Under the pieces are notes generated by a model that saw nothing but the letters and a program-made list of their open reading frames with translations, was not told the origin of the DNA and ran no database searches. From IMG/VR virus record IMGVR_UViG_3300020442_000007, positions 1 to 64,000 of that record: 64,000 nucleotides of DNA; one strand, written 5' to 3'. This document shows, piece after piece, positions 10,731 through 20,397 of the stretch; position 1 is the first letter of the stretch, and every line of letters starts with the position of its first letter. Source of the stretch: a virus. The position numbers and the translations under genes were made by a program.

Positions 10731-10962
10731 TCCTTTTGTAGATAATTTGCAAGATATTTCTACAACAGAATTATCTGAAAAAATAGCCGACCTTTCTAAA
10801 AAGTATTTCATGACTAATAACCCTGAAGTACAAAATCAAATTAGATCAGTTTTGGATATGTATAAAGCCGAAGCTATATCAAGACAAGCAAAAGAAACTT
10901 TTGATCAAAATAAATCAGAAAACGGCGAAAATAGTCTTGACAATTTGATTAATATCAGTTAA
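10711..10962 (+). CDS. Hypothetical protein
   Basis: 83-aa ORF overlapping the upstream gene end. Confidence 0.55.
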   Translation: MGNLPLNPFVDNLQDISTTELSEKIADLSKKYFMTNNPEVQNQIRSVLDMYKAEAISRQAKETFDQNKSENGENSLDNLINIS

Positions 10963-10965
10963 TAT
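10937..10965 (+). promoter_or_regulatory. Sigma70-type early/middle promoter
   Basis: TTGACA-17-TAATAT before the DnaE fragment. Confidence 0.6.
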
Positions 10966-10971
10966 ATAAAG

Positions 10972-11493
10972 ATGCTTATGAAGACAGATTCTCTTGGTAT
11001 ACCCAGATTCTCAACAAAAGATCTAGTAGATATGATCTATAGCGGCCATGTGGACAAATGCCATGTTGTATTATGTGACAAGGATGACGAAATTGATAAG
11101 TTTAATAAAGCTATGAGAGAAGAAGGACTTACTGAACTCTCAACATATATTCCACTAGATGTAGATCAGAAGACTTTTGACGGCGTATGCCAAAGTGAAT
11201 GGTTTATGCCTGAAGAATATAAGAACATGGATATTTCAAAATATTTACAAGACAAGTGTAACACACAAGAAGAACTTACACGTTATTTTGAAGAATATGC
11301 AGAGTTCAACAAAAGAGGAATGCTACCTCTATTAAGATATATGGTATATCTAGTAGATTTTATGAAAAAGAATAATATAGTATGGGGAGTAGGACGTGGA
11401 TCTAGTGTAGCCAGCTATATATTGTACTTAATTGGAGTACATAGGGTAAATTCAATCCAGTTTGACCTGGATTGGAGAGAGTTCCTGAGATAA
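10972..11493 (+). CDS. DNA polymerase III alpha (DnaE)-like fragment
   Basis: WGVGRGSSVASYILYLIGVHRVN...DLDWREFLR matches the DnaE GRGS palm segment; stops before the catalytic DxD motif. Confidence 0.75.
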   Translation: MLMKTDSLGIPRFSTKDLVDMIYSGHVDKCHVVLCDKDDEIDKFNKAMREEGLTELSTYIPLDVDQKTFDGVCQSEWFMPEEYKNMDISKYLQDKCNTQEELTRYFEEYAEFNKRGMLPLLRYMVYLVDFMKKNNIVWGVGRGSSVASYILYLIGVHRVNSIQFDLDWREFLR

Positions 11494-11521
11494 GTAAGTA
11501 TATAACTAAGGAGGTATTATT

Positions 11522-11920
11522 ATGCCAATGAAACAAACAGGTCGAACAATTTATAAAACCATGCAAGGTAAGCAAATTGATATGGACCTATTGCGTCAAC
11601 GCAACGAGCTTACTCCAGCAGTAGGTAATGCAAAAGTTAATGCACGTGGTGACGAACTAGGGCCAGGTGGTAAAATTATTCGAAAAAAAGAAGATGTACT
11701 TAGAGAATACTATGAAAATTCTTCAAGTATGCCTGAAGAAGTTGCAGTAAGACGTGACCAAAAAGTAGAAATAGCACAAGAAAAACCTGCAACAAAAAAA
11801 TCAAAATCTAATACTTCATCTGTAAAGATTCCAGAAGGCAAAGACTTGACTGACGACTGGGTAGAAGATGCAGATGGAAATTTTGTAAAACCTGAAGATT
11901 TAGCTAAAAAGGAAGATTAA
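11522..11920 (+). CDS. Hypothetical phage protein
   Basis: GGAGG RBS; AVGNAKVNARGDELGPGG motif. Confidence 0.65.
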   Translation: MPMKQTGRTIYKTMQGKQIDMDLLRQRNELTPAVGNAKVNARGDELGPGGKIIRKKEDVLREYYENSSSMPEEVAVRRDQKVEIAQEKPATKKSKSNTSSVKIPEGKDLTDDWVEDADGNFVKPEDLAKKED

Positions 11921-11922
11921 AA

Positions 11923-12354
11923 ATGGCTGTACACTTAAAGACTTATAAAGGAAAGCCACGAGCAGTTGGCAACCGTGTTCTTGTTAGTGATATGTATTTT
12001 GGTGAACAAAGGACTGCTGGTGGATTAATTATCAACAGTGATGATGGAAAGGTACATGGTATCCGTCCAAGATGGGGTAAAGTATTTTCTAAGGGTCCTA
12101 GAAACAAAGATGACTATAATGAAGGCGATTGGATTTTAATCGAACACGGTCGTTGGACTAGAGGAATGCAAGTCGAATTTGATGATCAAAAAGTTGAATT
12201 GCGTATGGTTGAATCAGAAAGTGTACTTGCCTATCAAGATGAAAAACCAACTGGTTTTGAAATTGGTAAAGAATTTAGCGGTGCAGAAGCCGCTGATACA
12301 GGCTTCGGCGAATATAGAGGCCCAATCGAACAAATGAATAGTTTCAATAATTGA
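11923..12354 (+). CDS. groES: Co-chaperonin GroES-like protein
   Basis: NRVLV...EQRTAGGLII...GKVFSKGP...GDWIL matches the Cpn10 pattern. Confidence 0.75.
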   Translation: MAVHLKTYKGKPRAVGNRVLVSDMYFGEQRTAGGLIINSDDGKVHGIRPRWGKVFSKGPRNKDDYNEGDWILIEHGRWTRGMQVEFDDQKVELRMVESESVLAYQDEKPTGFEIGKEFSGAEAADTGFGEYRGPIEQMNSFNN

Positions 12355-12366
12355 TAGGAGGAATTA

Positions 12367-12777
12367 GTGTCTGATATTGATCTAAACAAATACAAAGAAT
12401 TTGTAGATGCTGTAACATCTAATGAAAGTAAAAACAACGATGCTTTCCAAACTCGTTGGAATACATTAGAAAATCAAAGAGATGCTAACATGCCCAGACT
12501 GCTTACGGCCGCTTTTGGTTTAGGTGCAGAAGCAGGTGAATTTACCGAAATAGTAAAAAAGATTGTCTTACAAGGCAAGCCATTAGATAAAGACAACATT
12601 TTTCATATGCAGAGAGAACTAGGTGATGTAATATGGTATTGGATGCAAGGTTGTATGGCTCTTAATATTGATCCAAATGAAGTCATCCAAATGAACATAG
12701 ACAAATTAAAATCTAGATATCCTGGGGGCAATTTCTTTGCCCATTATTCCGAAAATAGAAAAGAAGGTGATATATAG
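12367..12777 (+). CDS. mazG: MazG-like nucleoside triphosphate pyrophosphohydrolase
   Basis: GLGAEAGEFTEIVKK...RELGDVIWY...NIDKLKSRYP. Confidence 0.85.
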   Translation: MSDIDLNKYKEFVDAVTSNESKNNDAFQTRWNTLENQRDANMPRLLTAAFGLGAEAGEFTEIVKKIVLQGKPLDKDNIFHMQRELGDVIWYWMQGCMALNIDPNEVIQMNIDKLKSRYPGGNFFAHYSENRKEGDI

Positions 12778-12780
12778 GGG

Positions 12781-13305
12781 ATGCTCACACCCGGAGAGAT
12801 ATATAATCTGTTTGGTGATGTGTTTGCTTTAGATCTGTATGCACCTGAAGAACCTTTAATTGAATCTTTAGTAATAGAAAAAAGATATGTAGATTCTATG
12901 GGAAACAAAACAGTCTACAAATATAAAGAAGCTCCTGAATCTTGGAACTTAAAAGGAAAAGTTTCTAAGCCTATTAGAGTGGAACACCAACTTGGAAGTT
13001 TTTTTGCTCCGCATAAAGATCATATCAAAGACGGTGCTAATGAAAGATTAATTAGACTAAATTGTCATTCTGATTATACACACCCAGAAGACTGTACATA
13101 CATAATTGATGGTAAAATACAACATTGGCGTAAAGGACAGTGGATGGTTATGAATCCAAATAAAACACATTATAGTATGTGCTTTGCAGACAAAGCAGTT
13201 CATTATGTAGCAGACTTAGATATTTCAGATAAAGCAACATATGAATGGTTTATGGAATCAATCGAGCATAGGGAAAAAGTCGGAGACAGACAAGGCACCA
13301 AATGA
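12781..13305 (+). CDS. 2OG-Fe(II) oxygenase (Asp/Asn beta-hydroxylase-like)
   Basis: PHKD (HxD) ... WRKGQ...KTH distal His. Confidence 0.6.
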   Translation: MLTPGEIYNLFGDVFALDLYAPEEPLIESLVIEKRYVDSMGNKTVYKYKEAPESWNLKGKVSKPIRVEHQLGSFFAPHKDHIKDGANERLIRLNCHSDYTHPEDCTYIIDGKIQHWRKGQWMVMNPNKTHYSMCFADKAVHYVADLDISDKATYEWFMESIEHREKVGDRQGTK

Positions 13306-14021
13306 AATTTTTAACAATTTTAACTTTCATGAGTGGTGCAGGCGGCCATGGAATAGCAAGAACTTTATTTGAAAATGATCCACAATATCGATGGTACGAC
13401 CACCCAAAAAATAATAAGTCACACAAAAAAAAATTTTCCAAATTAAACATTGCAGAAAAACATTTTCAAAAAATATTTGCTGATGGACAAAGGTTCCCTC
13501 ATTTATTTGATAGAATTGAACCTTATCTAAATGATTTGGAAGCATATTACAAATTAATAGAACCAGAAATTAAAAAATGTTCTAACGGCAAAAGATTAGT
13601 GTATACTTGCCATACGAGTCCTAAAGATATTAGAGAAAGGTATCCTAATTGTTATATTATACAAATTCTTCCAACAGAAGATGTTCGTTTGCAATATTTT
13701 GATAGACATATGGAAACAGCAATGTTCTTTCCATTACAAACTAATATTGATACATTGCCAAGACGGAAAGAATTATTAAATGACTTATATTGGACACAAA
13801 AAGAATTTGTTACGTTGTATCCTCAAAAAAATTCTTTAGTAGAATTTTATAAGCATAAAGGTTATTCAAAAGACCAAATTTACAATACAGAATATGCTAA
13901 CCAAAATGAACTATATAGAATACATCAAAATGACAAACAATTTTCGGACAAAACAATACAATTTTCCTCATTAGAAGATCTAAATTCCCAAGTGCAAAAT
14001 TTAGCCGAAAAAAAAACTTGA
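13302..14021 (+). CDS. Hypothetical protein, possible P-loop/sulfotransferase-like fold
   Basis: N-terminal hydrophobic strand followed by SGAGGH; ATGA-coupled to the oxygenase. Confidence 0.4.
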   Translation: MKFLTILTFMSGAGGHGIARTLFENDPQYRWYDHPKNNKSHKKKFSKLNIAEKHFQKIFADGQRFPHLFDRIEPYLNDLEAYYKLIEPEIKKCSNGKRLVYTCHTSPKDIRERYPNCYIIQILPTEDVRLQYFDRHMETAMFFPLQTNIDTLPRRKELLNDLYWTQKEFVTLYPQKNSLVEFYKHKGYSKDQIYNTEYANQNELYRIHQNDKQFSDKTIQFSSLEDLNSQVQNLAEKKT

Positions 14022-14046
14022 CAACTTATAGATTATAAGCTATAAT
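14018..14046 (+). promoter_or_regulatory. Sigma70-type promoter
   Basis: Perfect TTGACA-17-TATAAT before the exonuclease. Confidence 0.85.
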
Positions 14047-14070
14047 ATTATAAAGTTTGAGGAGTATATT

Positions 14071-14610
14071 TTGGCTACACATGGAATGATCGATTTAGAA
14101 ACACTAGGCGTTGAGCCGGATAGTGTTGTTGTAACTTTGGGTGCTATTAAATTTGACCCTTTTACAGAAACTGAACCGCACACTCCATTATATATCCGTG
14201 GAGATATAGAAGAGCAATCAGAAAAATACAATCGAACTATTGATAACAACACATTAGAATGGTGGAGCAAACAACCTCAAAAAATACAAGACGAGGCGTT
14301 TGGTGATCATGATAGAGTTACTGTCGCAAGCATGTTGAAGCAACTTAATAAATGGTGTGTAGGATTAGATTACATTTGGTGTCAAGGGCCTACATTTGAT
14401 TTTGTAATGCTTCAACACTTATATAAAAGTGCAGAAACTCCTGTGCCTTGGAACTATTGGCAAATACGAGATTCTAGAACTTTATTTAAAATGATGCCTC
14501 AGGATCCGCGAAAGGCTATACAAGAACAGCTACATAATGCATTAGCTGATTGTTATTATCAAGCAAAATGTGTACAACAATCTTATAAACACTTTGGAGT
14601 GAAACAATGA
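14071..14610 (+). CDS. DEDDh 3'-5' exonuclease
   Basis: MIDLETLG, QGPTFD, HNALADC motifs; TTG start with GAGGAG RBS. Confidence 0.85.
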   Translation: MATHGMIDLETLGVEPDSVVVTLGAIKFDPFTETEPHTPLYIRGDIEEQSEKYNRTIDNNTLEWWSKQPQKIQDEAFGDHDRVTVASMLKQLNKWCVGLDYIWCQGPTFDFVMLQHLYKSAETPVPWNYWQIRDSRTLFKMMPQDPRKAIQEQLHNALADCYYQAKCVQQSYKHFGVKQ

Positions 14611-14834
14611 ACAGTATAGTATTAGTTACATATTTGGCAGGAGCAATTATTAGTTCAGCCACATTCAAAGATATGGATTCTTGTATAGAAGCAAGAGATC
14701 GTGTACTTACACAAGCAATGCCAGACTTAAATGCTGTCTGTGTGTACAAAGAAGTTAAACCTGATCGCAGTCAAGAGATGTTTAAGATCTTTAGCGATAT
14801 GATCAAAGAACTAGGAGAATTAGAACAGCAATGA
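14607..14834 (+). CDS. Hypothetical small protein
   Basis: ATGA-coupled at both ends; two Cys; hydrophobic N-terminus. Confidence 0.55.
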   Translation: MNSIVLVTYLAGAIISSATFKDMDSCIEARDRVLTQAMPDLNAVCVYKEVKPDRSQEMFKIFSDMIKELGELEQQ

Positions 14835-15745
14835 AAGATTTATGGGTAGAAAAATATCGTCCTAAGACGGTTGATGGTTATGTGTTTAGAGATGATGCAC
14901 AACGTAGTCAAGTTAACAATTGGATAAAGGATAAAACTATTCCACATTTGTTGTTTAGTGGCAATGCAGGTATAGGCAAGACTACTCTTGCTAAACTCTT
15001 ACTTAATGAATTGGAAACAAATGACTTAGACATTTTAGAAATAAATGCAAGCCGTACAAATAGTGTTGACGATGTAAGAGATAAAATTGTTAATTTTGTG
15101 CAAATGATTCCATTTGGAGATTTTAAAGTTGTACTTCTTGATGAGGCTGATTATCTTAGTCCTAGTGCCCAAGCGGCTTTACGAGGTGTTATGGAAGAAT
15201 ATCACACCACTGCAAGGTTTATTCTTACTTGTAATTACCCCAACCGTATTATCCCTGCTTTGCATAGCCGTTGTCAAGGTTTTCACATTGCTAAAATAGA
15301 TCAAACTGAATTTACTGCAAGAGTTGCTGAAATTCTATTAGCAGAAGGCGTTACTCCTAATTTAGATATACTTGACACTTATGTAAAAGCTACATATCCT
15401 GATTTGCGTAAATGTATCAATACTGTACAAATGAATGTACAAGACAATAGTTTACTCAAACCTAACGAAGGCGATACTGGTGAAACAGATTGGAAACTTG
15501 AAATGGTTGAGTTATTCAAAGCAGGAAAAATACAACAAGCAAGGAAACTACTTTGTGGTTCAGTAAGGCCAGAAGAGATGGAAGAAATTTATCGCTGGTT
15601 GTATGACAATATTGAACTATTTGGTGATGAAGAAAAACAAGACACCGCAGTATTAACAATTAAACAAGGCCTAGTTGATCATACACTTGTAGCCGACCCA
15701 GAAATAAATTTGGCGGCTACATTAATTAGGCTAGCTAGAATCTAA
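14831..15745 (+). CDS. Clamp loader ATPase subunit (RFC small/T4 gp44-like)
   Basis: [25 protein letters not shown] motifs. Confidence 0.93.
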   Translation: MKDLWVEKYRPKTVDGYVFRDDAQRSQVNNWIKDKTIPHLLFSGNAGIGKTTLAKLLLNELETNDLDILEINASRTNSVDDVRDKIVNFVQMIPFGDFKVVLLDEADYLSPSAQAALRGVMEEYHTTARFILTCNYPNRIIPALHSRCQGFHIAKIDQTEFTARVAEILLAEGVTPNLDILDTYVKATYPDLRKCINTVQMNVQDNSLLKPNEGDTGETDWKLEMVELFKAGKIQQARKLLCGSVRPEEMEEIYRWLYDNIELFGDEEKQDTAVLTIKQGLVDHTLVADPEINLAATLIRLARI

Positions 15746-15752
15746 ATACAGT

Positions 15753-16100
15753 ATGACTTATCTTGTAAACGAAAATTGCATTAAGTGCAAGCACATGGAT
15801 TGTGTAGAAGTATGTCCAGTAGATTGTTTTTATGAAGGTGAAAATATGCTTGTCATTAATCCTGATGAGTGTATAGATTGTGGTGTGTGCGAACCAGAAT
15901 GTCCTGCAGAAGCTATTGTACAAGATAGTGTATATGAAGGCAGTGAACTACAAAAATGGTTAGACTTAAATACAAAGTATTCAAACATATGGCCTAATAT
16001 TACAGAGATAGGTGAGCCACCCGAAGATGCAGAAGAATGGAACGGAGTTCCTAATAAACTAGAGGAGCATTTTAGTGATAAGCCCGGAAAAGGTAGTTAA
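15753..16100 (+). CDS. fdxA: FdxA-family ferredoxin
   Basis: [18 protein letters not shown]...[12 protein letters not shown]. Confidence 0.92.
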   Translation: MTYLVNENCIKCKHMDCVEVCPVDCFYEGENMLVINPDECIDCGVCEPECPAEAIVQDSVYEGSELQKWLDLNTKYSNIWPNITEIGEPPEDAEEWNGVPNKLEEHFSDKPGKGS

Positions 16101-16269
16101 CAAAAAATTAATCAATGATATTATTAGGATTGATGTTCTTGAAGAAGAAATAGAATACTACAAAACTTTACTCCGTGAACAAGACACGGGACATATTCAT
16201 ACAACAATAGGATTCTTAAAAAGAAGAATACAAGATTTAAAAGGAGAAGCGCCATGGCCGTTAGATTAA
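16075..16269 (+). CDS. Hypothetical protein
   Basis: 64-aa ORF filling the gap between fdxA and thyX; start uncertain. Confidence 0.5.
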   Translation: MISPEKVVNKKLINDIIRIDVLEEEIEYYKTLLREQDTGHIHTTIGFLKRRIQDLKGEAPWPLD

Positions 16270-16925
16270 TTTCATATAGTAAAGCATCAGAATTTGCAGT
16301 TTGGGGTAATGATAATCCACTAAACTGTCAAGACTTAATTGCTTTCTGTGCTAGAGTAAGTAATCCAAGTAATCAAATGAATACTGAGACTAGTGCAAAA
16401 CTTATAAAATATTTGGTTAAGAATGCACACTGGTCTCCATTAGAAATGGTTAATGCATGTCTTGAAATTGAAACTACAAGAGACATTGCACATCAAATTG
16501 TTAGACACAGAAGTTTTAGTTTTCAAGAATTTAGTCAGCGTTATGCTAATCCTGAAGACATGGCTGATACATTTCAAACAAGAGAAGCTAGACTACAGGA
16601 CGAAAAAAACAGACAAAACAGTATTGAAATAAGTGACGAAAGTGAATTACATTATGAATGGAAACGTAAACAACAAGAAGTGATTGATCAAGCTCGTATA
16701 GCCTATGAATGGGCTATACACAATGGAATTGCAAAAGAACAAGCCCGTGTTGTATTACCTGAAGGGTGTACTAAAACTAGATTGTATATGAACGGCACAT
16801 TACGTAGTTGGATACATTATATTGAATTACGTAGTGCAAACGGTACGCAAAAAGAACATATGGAAATAGCAAAAGAATGTGCTCATGTAATTGCTAAAAT
16901 ATTTCCGCTAATGGATGAACTTTGA
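16254..16925 (+). CDS. thyX: Flavin-dependent thymidylate synthase
   Basis: RHRSFSFQEFSQRY (RHRx7S) motif, HWSPLE, EQARVVLP. Confidence 0.95.
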   Translation: MAVRLISYSKASEFAVWGNDNPLNCQDLIAFCARVSNPSNQMNTETSAKLIKYLVKNAHWSPLEMVNACLEIETTRDIAHQIVRHRSFSFQEFSQRYANPEDMADTFQTREARLQDEKNRQNSIEISDESELHYEWKRKQQEVIDQARIAYEWAIHNGIAKEQARVVLPEGCTKTRLYMNGTLRSWIHYIELRSANGTQKEHMEIAKECAHVIAKIFPLMDEL

Positions 16926-18043
16926 TAAAAGACTTATACAATATTTGGAATATAAAAACTAACAATATCCATGGTGAAGAATTTACAGGATATGAACCTG
17001 TCTATGACCAATTAGATAAACTTGATAAGCCTGCATTTAACAAAGACCCTGAAGGAACTGTAGACAAAGTATTTGACATATATAGATCAATTAATATTGT
17101 ACCTATACTTTATTACACAGAAAAAGGGCTAATCAATGCAATTAAAGAATTTAAATCCATTAGTTACAACTCCGTAAAAGACAGTAGAATAAGTTTAGGA
17201 AATAATAGAGGACAGCCTTTAAGTAGATTTCTATTTCCAAACATGATGACTGCTGAACCAAAAGGTAGAGGTAGTAACAGTTTGAAAGATAGATTCTACA
17301 ACGACACAAAACTTAAAAGAGCGATACGCATTTGTTATGAAATGCGTGAAGGACATAAACTTGTATATCCTACTGCACTACGTAGGGCGTTAGAATTAGT
17401 AACTGGTGAAAACATACAAAACTTTAAACCTCAAAATGCTAGAGCTTTAGTAGAGCATTTATGTCCTGTCCTATGGGGAAATGTTTATGATTATAGTGCA
17501 GGATATGGTGGAAGATTATTAGGTATAAGTTGTAGTAATATGAATTATAATTATACAGGTATTGACCCCAATACTGAAACAGTAAAATACTTAAACTATT
17601 TTAATGATTTATTAGAAGAAGCAGTTGGTGTAAAAGGCAATATAATACAGGAGGTGAGTGAAGAATATCAACCAACTGACGTAGACTTAGCCTTTAGCTC
17701 TCCTCCTTATTTTAACTTGGAGAAATATTCAGATGAAGATACACAATGCATGGTACGTTATAGCACCCTTGACGAATGGTTTGGTGGATATGCTGAGCCT
17801 ACTATTAGGAACATTTATAAAAGTCTTAACCAAGATGGTTTATTTGCTACAAACATTGCGGATTACAAAACCTACGGAAAAAAAGAGTACAAAGTCGTCG
17901 ATGACTGGATCAAGATATCTCATGGAGTAGGCTTCAAACATGTAAGTACAATTAAGATGATGTTAAATACTCGTCCCGGAGTAGGTAATCAAAAACTTGC
18001 AGGTCGAGAAAAATGGGAAGGCGTATATGTCTTTGCAAAGTAG
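16922..18043 (+). CDS. Amino (N4-C/N6-A) DNA methyltransferase
   Basis: Motif I YDYSAGYGG followed by motif IV SSPPY. Confidence 0.75.
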   Translation: MIKDLYNIWNIKTNNIHGEEFTGYEPVYDQLDKLDKPAFNKDPEGTVDKVFDIYRSINIVPILYYTEKGLINAIKEFKSISYNSVKDSRISLGNNRGQPLSRFLFPNMMTAEPKGRGSNSLKDRFYNDTKLKRAIRICYEMREGHKLVYPTALRRALELVTGENIQNFKPQNARALVEHLCPVLWGNVYDYSAGYGGRLLGISCSNMNYNYTGIDPNTETVKYLNYFNDLLEEAVGVKGNIIQEVSEEYQPTDVDLAFSSPPYFNLEKYSDEDTQCMVRYSTLDEWFGGYAEPTIRNIYKSLNQDGLFATNIADYKTYGKKEYKVVDDWIKISHGVGFKHVSTIKMMLNTRPGVGNQKLAGREKWEGVYVFAK

Positions 18044-18051
18044 GAGGTAAT

Positions 18052-18858
18052 ATGAAATTTGATAATGTACCAGAATGGGATTGGCGTAATTTAAAAACCA
18101 AAGAACCAGTAGACTATAAAAATTACGATAGTTTATTTGAATTTTGCAAAGCAACAAGCAATTACCATTTTGATGAAACACGTGATGATACCGTTGGTGA
18201 TATTCCAACACATATTCCAATTTGCGAATTCGAAGGTAATTGGGATCAAGAAACTGCTAATTTAATACAAAATACAACTCCAGCTACTTTTAATTATCGA
18301 TCAGATGTTAGAATGGATAATAACAATCAATTAGAATATAACGATTTTAAAAAATGGGGATATGATATCGATTCTGACGAAAATAGTTATGCAGTATTGA
18401 ACAGATACATGCAAAGAGACTTTCCTAAAATTTTTAAAAAAATAGCAAAACTATTTTGTTTTGATCATCCAGCTGGAAAGAAAAATGGAAGGCCAAATAT
18501 AAAATTTGACGTACAAATACCCGGACAAATGTTTTATTGGCATTTAGATAATTTTGGCGGATTATTACAAGATCAAAGACAAGATTATAAAAAATTTGCA
18601 GATTGTGATTATGACCAAAGACTTATAATGAGAGTTATTGTTTTTTTAGACGATCAGAAACAAGGACAGGTTTGGAAACAAGGTAATGACTTTTTAACTT
18701 GGAAAAAAGGAGATTGTTTTACATGGCCATGGAGAGATATTCCGCATGGTACAGCAAATTTTGGACATGACCCAAGACCGACTCTTAATATAACTGGTGA
18801 AGTTACAGAACAAACATATGATTTTCTAAAATCGTGTCCTAGGAAAATTCAATTGTGA
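18052..18858 (+). CDS. 2OG-Fe(II) oxygenase family protein
   Basis: WHLD...WKKGD...PHGTAN...R; start moved to ATG 18052 after AGGAGG. Confidence 0.7.
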   Translation: MKFDNVPEWDWRNLKTKEPVDYKNYDSLFEFCKATSNYHFDETRDDTVGDIPTHIPICEFEGNWDQETANLIQNTTPATFNYRSDVRMDNNNQLEYNDFKKWGYDIDSDENSYAVLNRYMQRDFPKIFKKIAKLFCFDHPAGKKNGRPNIKFDVQIPGQMFYWHLDNFGGLLQDQRQDYKKFADCDYDQRLIMRVIVFLDDQKQGQVWKQGNDFLTWKKGDCFTWPWRDIPHGTANFGHDPRPTLNITGEVTEQTYDFLKSCPRKIQL

Positions 18859-19487
18859 ATCAAGAATTAAAAGATTATCTAACTGAATTTTTTTCATATA
18901 ATAAAGATAAAGAAGAATGGAAACGTAAAAAGGATTCACATAATAGATTATACAAATGGGGCAATATCAAAGAAGATATTGACTTAATAAACTCATTAAA
19001 TCCTAATGTAGTTTTAGATTTAGGATGCGGCGATAATAGATATAAACCAGTAGTAGAAAATCTAATTGGAATAGATATATGTGATAGACCGGGAGTCGAT
19101 TTAGTAAGTGATTTTACAAAGTTAGATTTTGAAGACAATAGTATAGATGCTATAATAGCATACGGTTCTATAAATTTTGGCGATGAAGATTTAATAGAAA
19201 AACAATTACTAGAAACAAAAAGAGTGCTACGGAAAAACGGTATCATTTGTTTCCGTGGATATTCAAGTGATGACCCATTTTATTATTGCTGGACAAAAGA
19301 AAAATGTCTTTATTTCACAGAAAAATTAAATTTTTGTTTAATCAACGAACCACAAATAGTTAATCGACTAAATCGTAAAGGCGAAGCAAAAAGCTCTTGG
19401 CGTGATAAAAGGTATGAAAAATTACATAATAAAGATAAAACTAAACGCCGTGCTTTAACTAGACTTCATTGGAGATGGAAAAAGTAG
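18855..19487 (+). CDS. Class I SAM-dependent methyltransferase
   Basis: VLDLGCG, GIDI, FEDNSID, RVLRKNG. Confidence 0.85.
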   Translation: MNQELKDYLTEFFSYNKDKEEWKRKKDSHNRLYKWGNIKEDIDLINSLNPNVVLDLGCGDNRYKPVVENLIGIDICDRPGVDLVSDFTKLDFEDNSIDAIIAYGSINFGDEDLIEKQLLETKRVLRKNGIICFRGYSSDDPFYYCWTKEKCLYFTEKLNFCLINEPQIVNRLNRKGEAKSSWRDKRYEKLHNKDKTKRRALTRLHWRWKK

Positions 19488-19510
19488 AGGAATAGATCCT
19501 CTACTCTTTT
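19483..19510. terminator. Likely bidirectional intrinsic terminator between convergent genes
   Basis: AGTAGAGGA-ATAGA-TCCTCTACT 9-bp stem flanked by an A-run and a T-run. Confidence 0.75.
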
Positions 19511-19515
19511 ATAAC

Positions 19516-20238
19516 TTATACGTCACCGTATACTTGTAATACTTCTTTCACTGCATTGTGCCTTTCAATATCTCTTTGCTCAAACCGGACTATGTCCAAG
19601 TGTGTTGCATTGCCTGCATTGTGTAAAAGATTAACAAAGTTAATTAATCCATTATCTTGCATTCGATCTGCTTGTGCTAGATCTCCGGTAACCGCCATCT
19701 TAGAGTTTTCGCCTAATCGTGTTAGCAACATTTTCATTTGACTAGATGTAGCATTTTGCATTTCATCTGCTAGTATAAAACTGTTTTTAAATGTTCTTCC
19801 ACGCATGTAAGCCAGTGGGGCGATCTCAATTATACTTTCGTTTATCATTCCTTCTATTTCTTTTGCATTAAAATACTCCCTTAATACGTCAAATATTGGC
19901 CTTGTCCATGGTGCCATTTTTTGTTCTAATGTACCTGGTAAGAAGCCTAAATCTTCGTCTACTGACACAGCTGGTCTTGTGACTATGATTTTATCAAGTT
20001 TGCCTTCTTTGAATAATTTCACTGCTACCTGCACAGCCAATAATGTTTTGCCTGTTCCTGCTGGACCTATACCAAAGACTATATCTTTTTTATGATCTAG
20101 TAGTTTTAACACGTATGTTTCTTGATTTCTGTTTCTTGGAAGGATATTTACTTGTTTTTGTTGTTTTTGGAATTGTTTGATTTCAACCACATTATTGTAG
20201 TTGTTTATTGAGTTGTTACGCCTGCGTTTTGCACCCAT
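19516..20238 (-). CDS. phoH: PhoH-family ATPase
   Basis: GPAGTGKT, LGFLPG, YMRGRT, DEMQN, TGDLAQ. Confidence 0.95.
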   Translation of the reverse strand: MGAKRRRNNSINNYNNVVEIKQFQKQQKQVNILPRNRNQETYVLKLLDHKKDIVFGIGPAGTGKTLLAVQVAVKLFKEGKLDKIIVTRPAVSVDEDLGFLPGTLEQKMAPWTRPIFDVLREYFNAKEIEGMINESIIEIAPLAYMRGRTFKNSFILADEMQNATSSQMKMLLTRLGENSKMAVTGDLAQADRMQDNGLINFVNLLHNAGNATHLDIVRFEQRDIERHNAVKEVLQVYGDV

Positions 20239-20308
20239 TAAGTGTCCTCCTGTGGATATTGACGTAAGGCCGCATGTCCTATAACATAGGAAGCTAGTCC
20301 CTACAAAG

Positions 20309-20314
20309 TATTTA
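20309..20314 (-). promoter_or_regulatory. Late-type TAAATA box for phoH (divergent from the box at 20361)
   Basis: TATTTA on + strand, about 70 bp upstream of the phoH start. Confidence 0.55.
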
Positions 20315-20397
20315 CCTTAAAGTGCGAATTAAAAAATAGTCTGTTATCTTTTTGATACGATAAATAAGTATAGTAGAATTTAGAACAGGATTTAATC

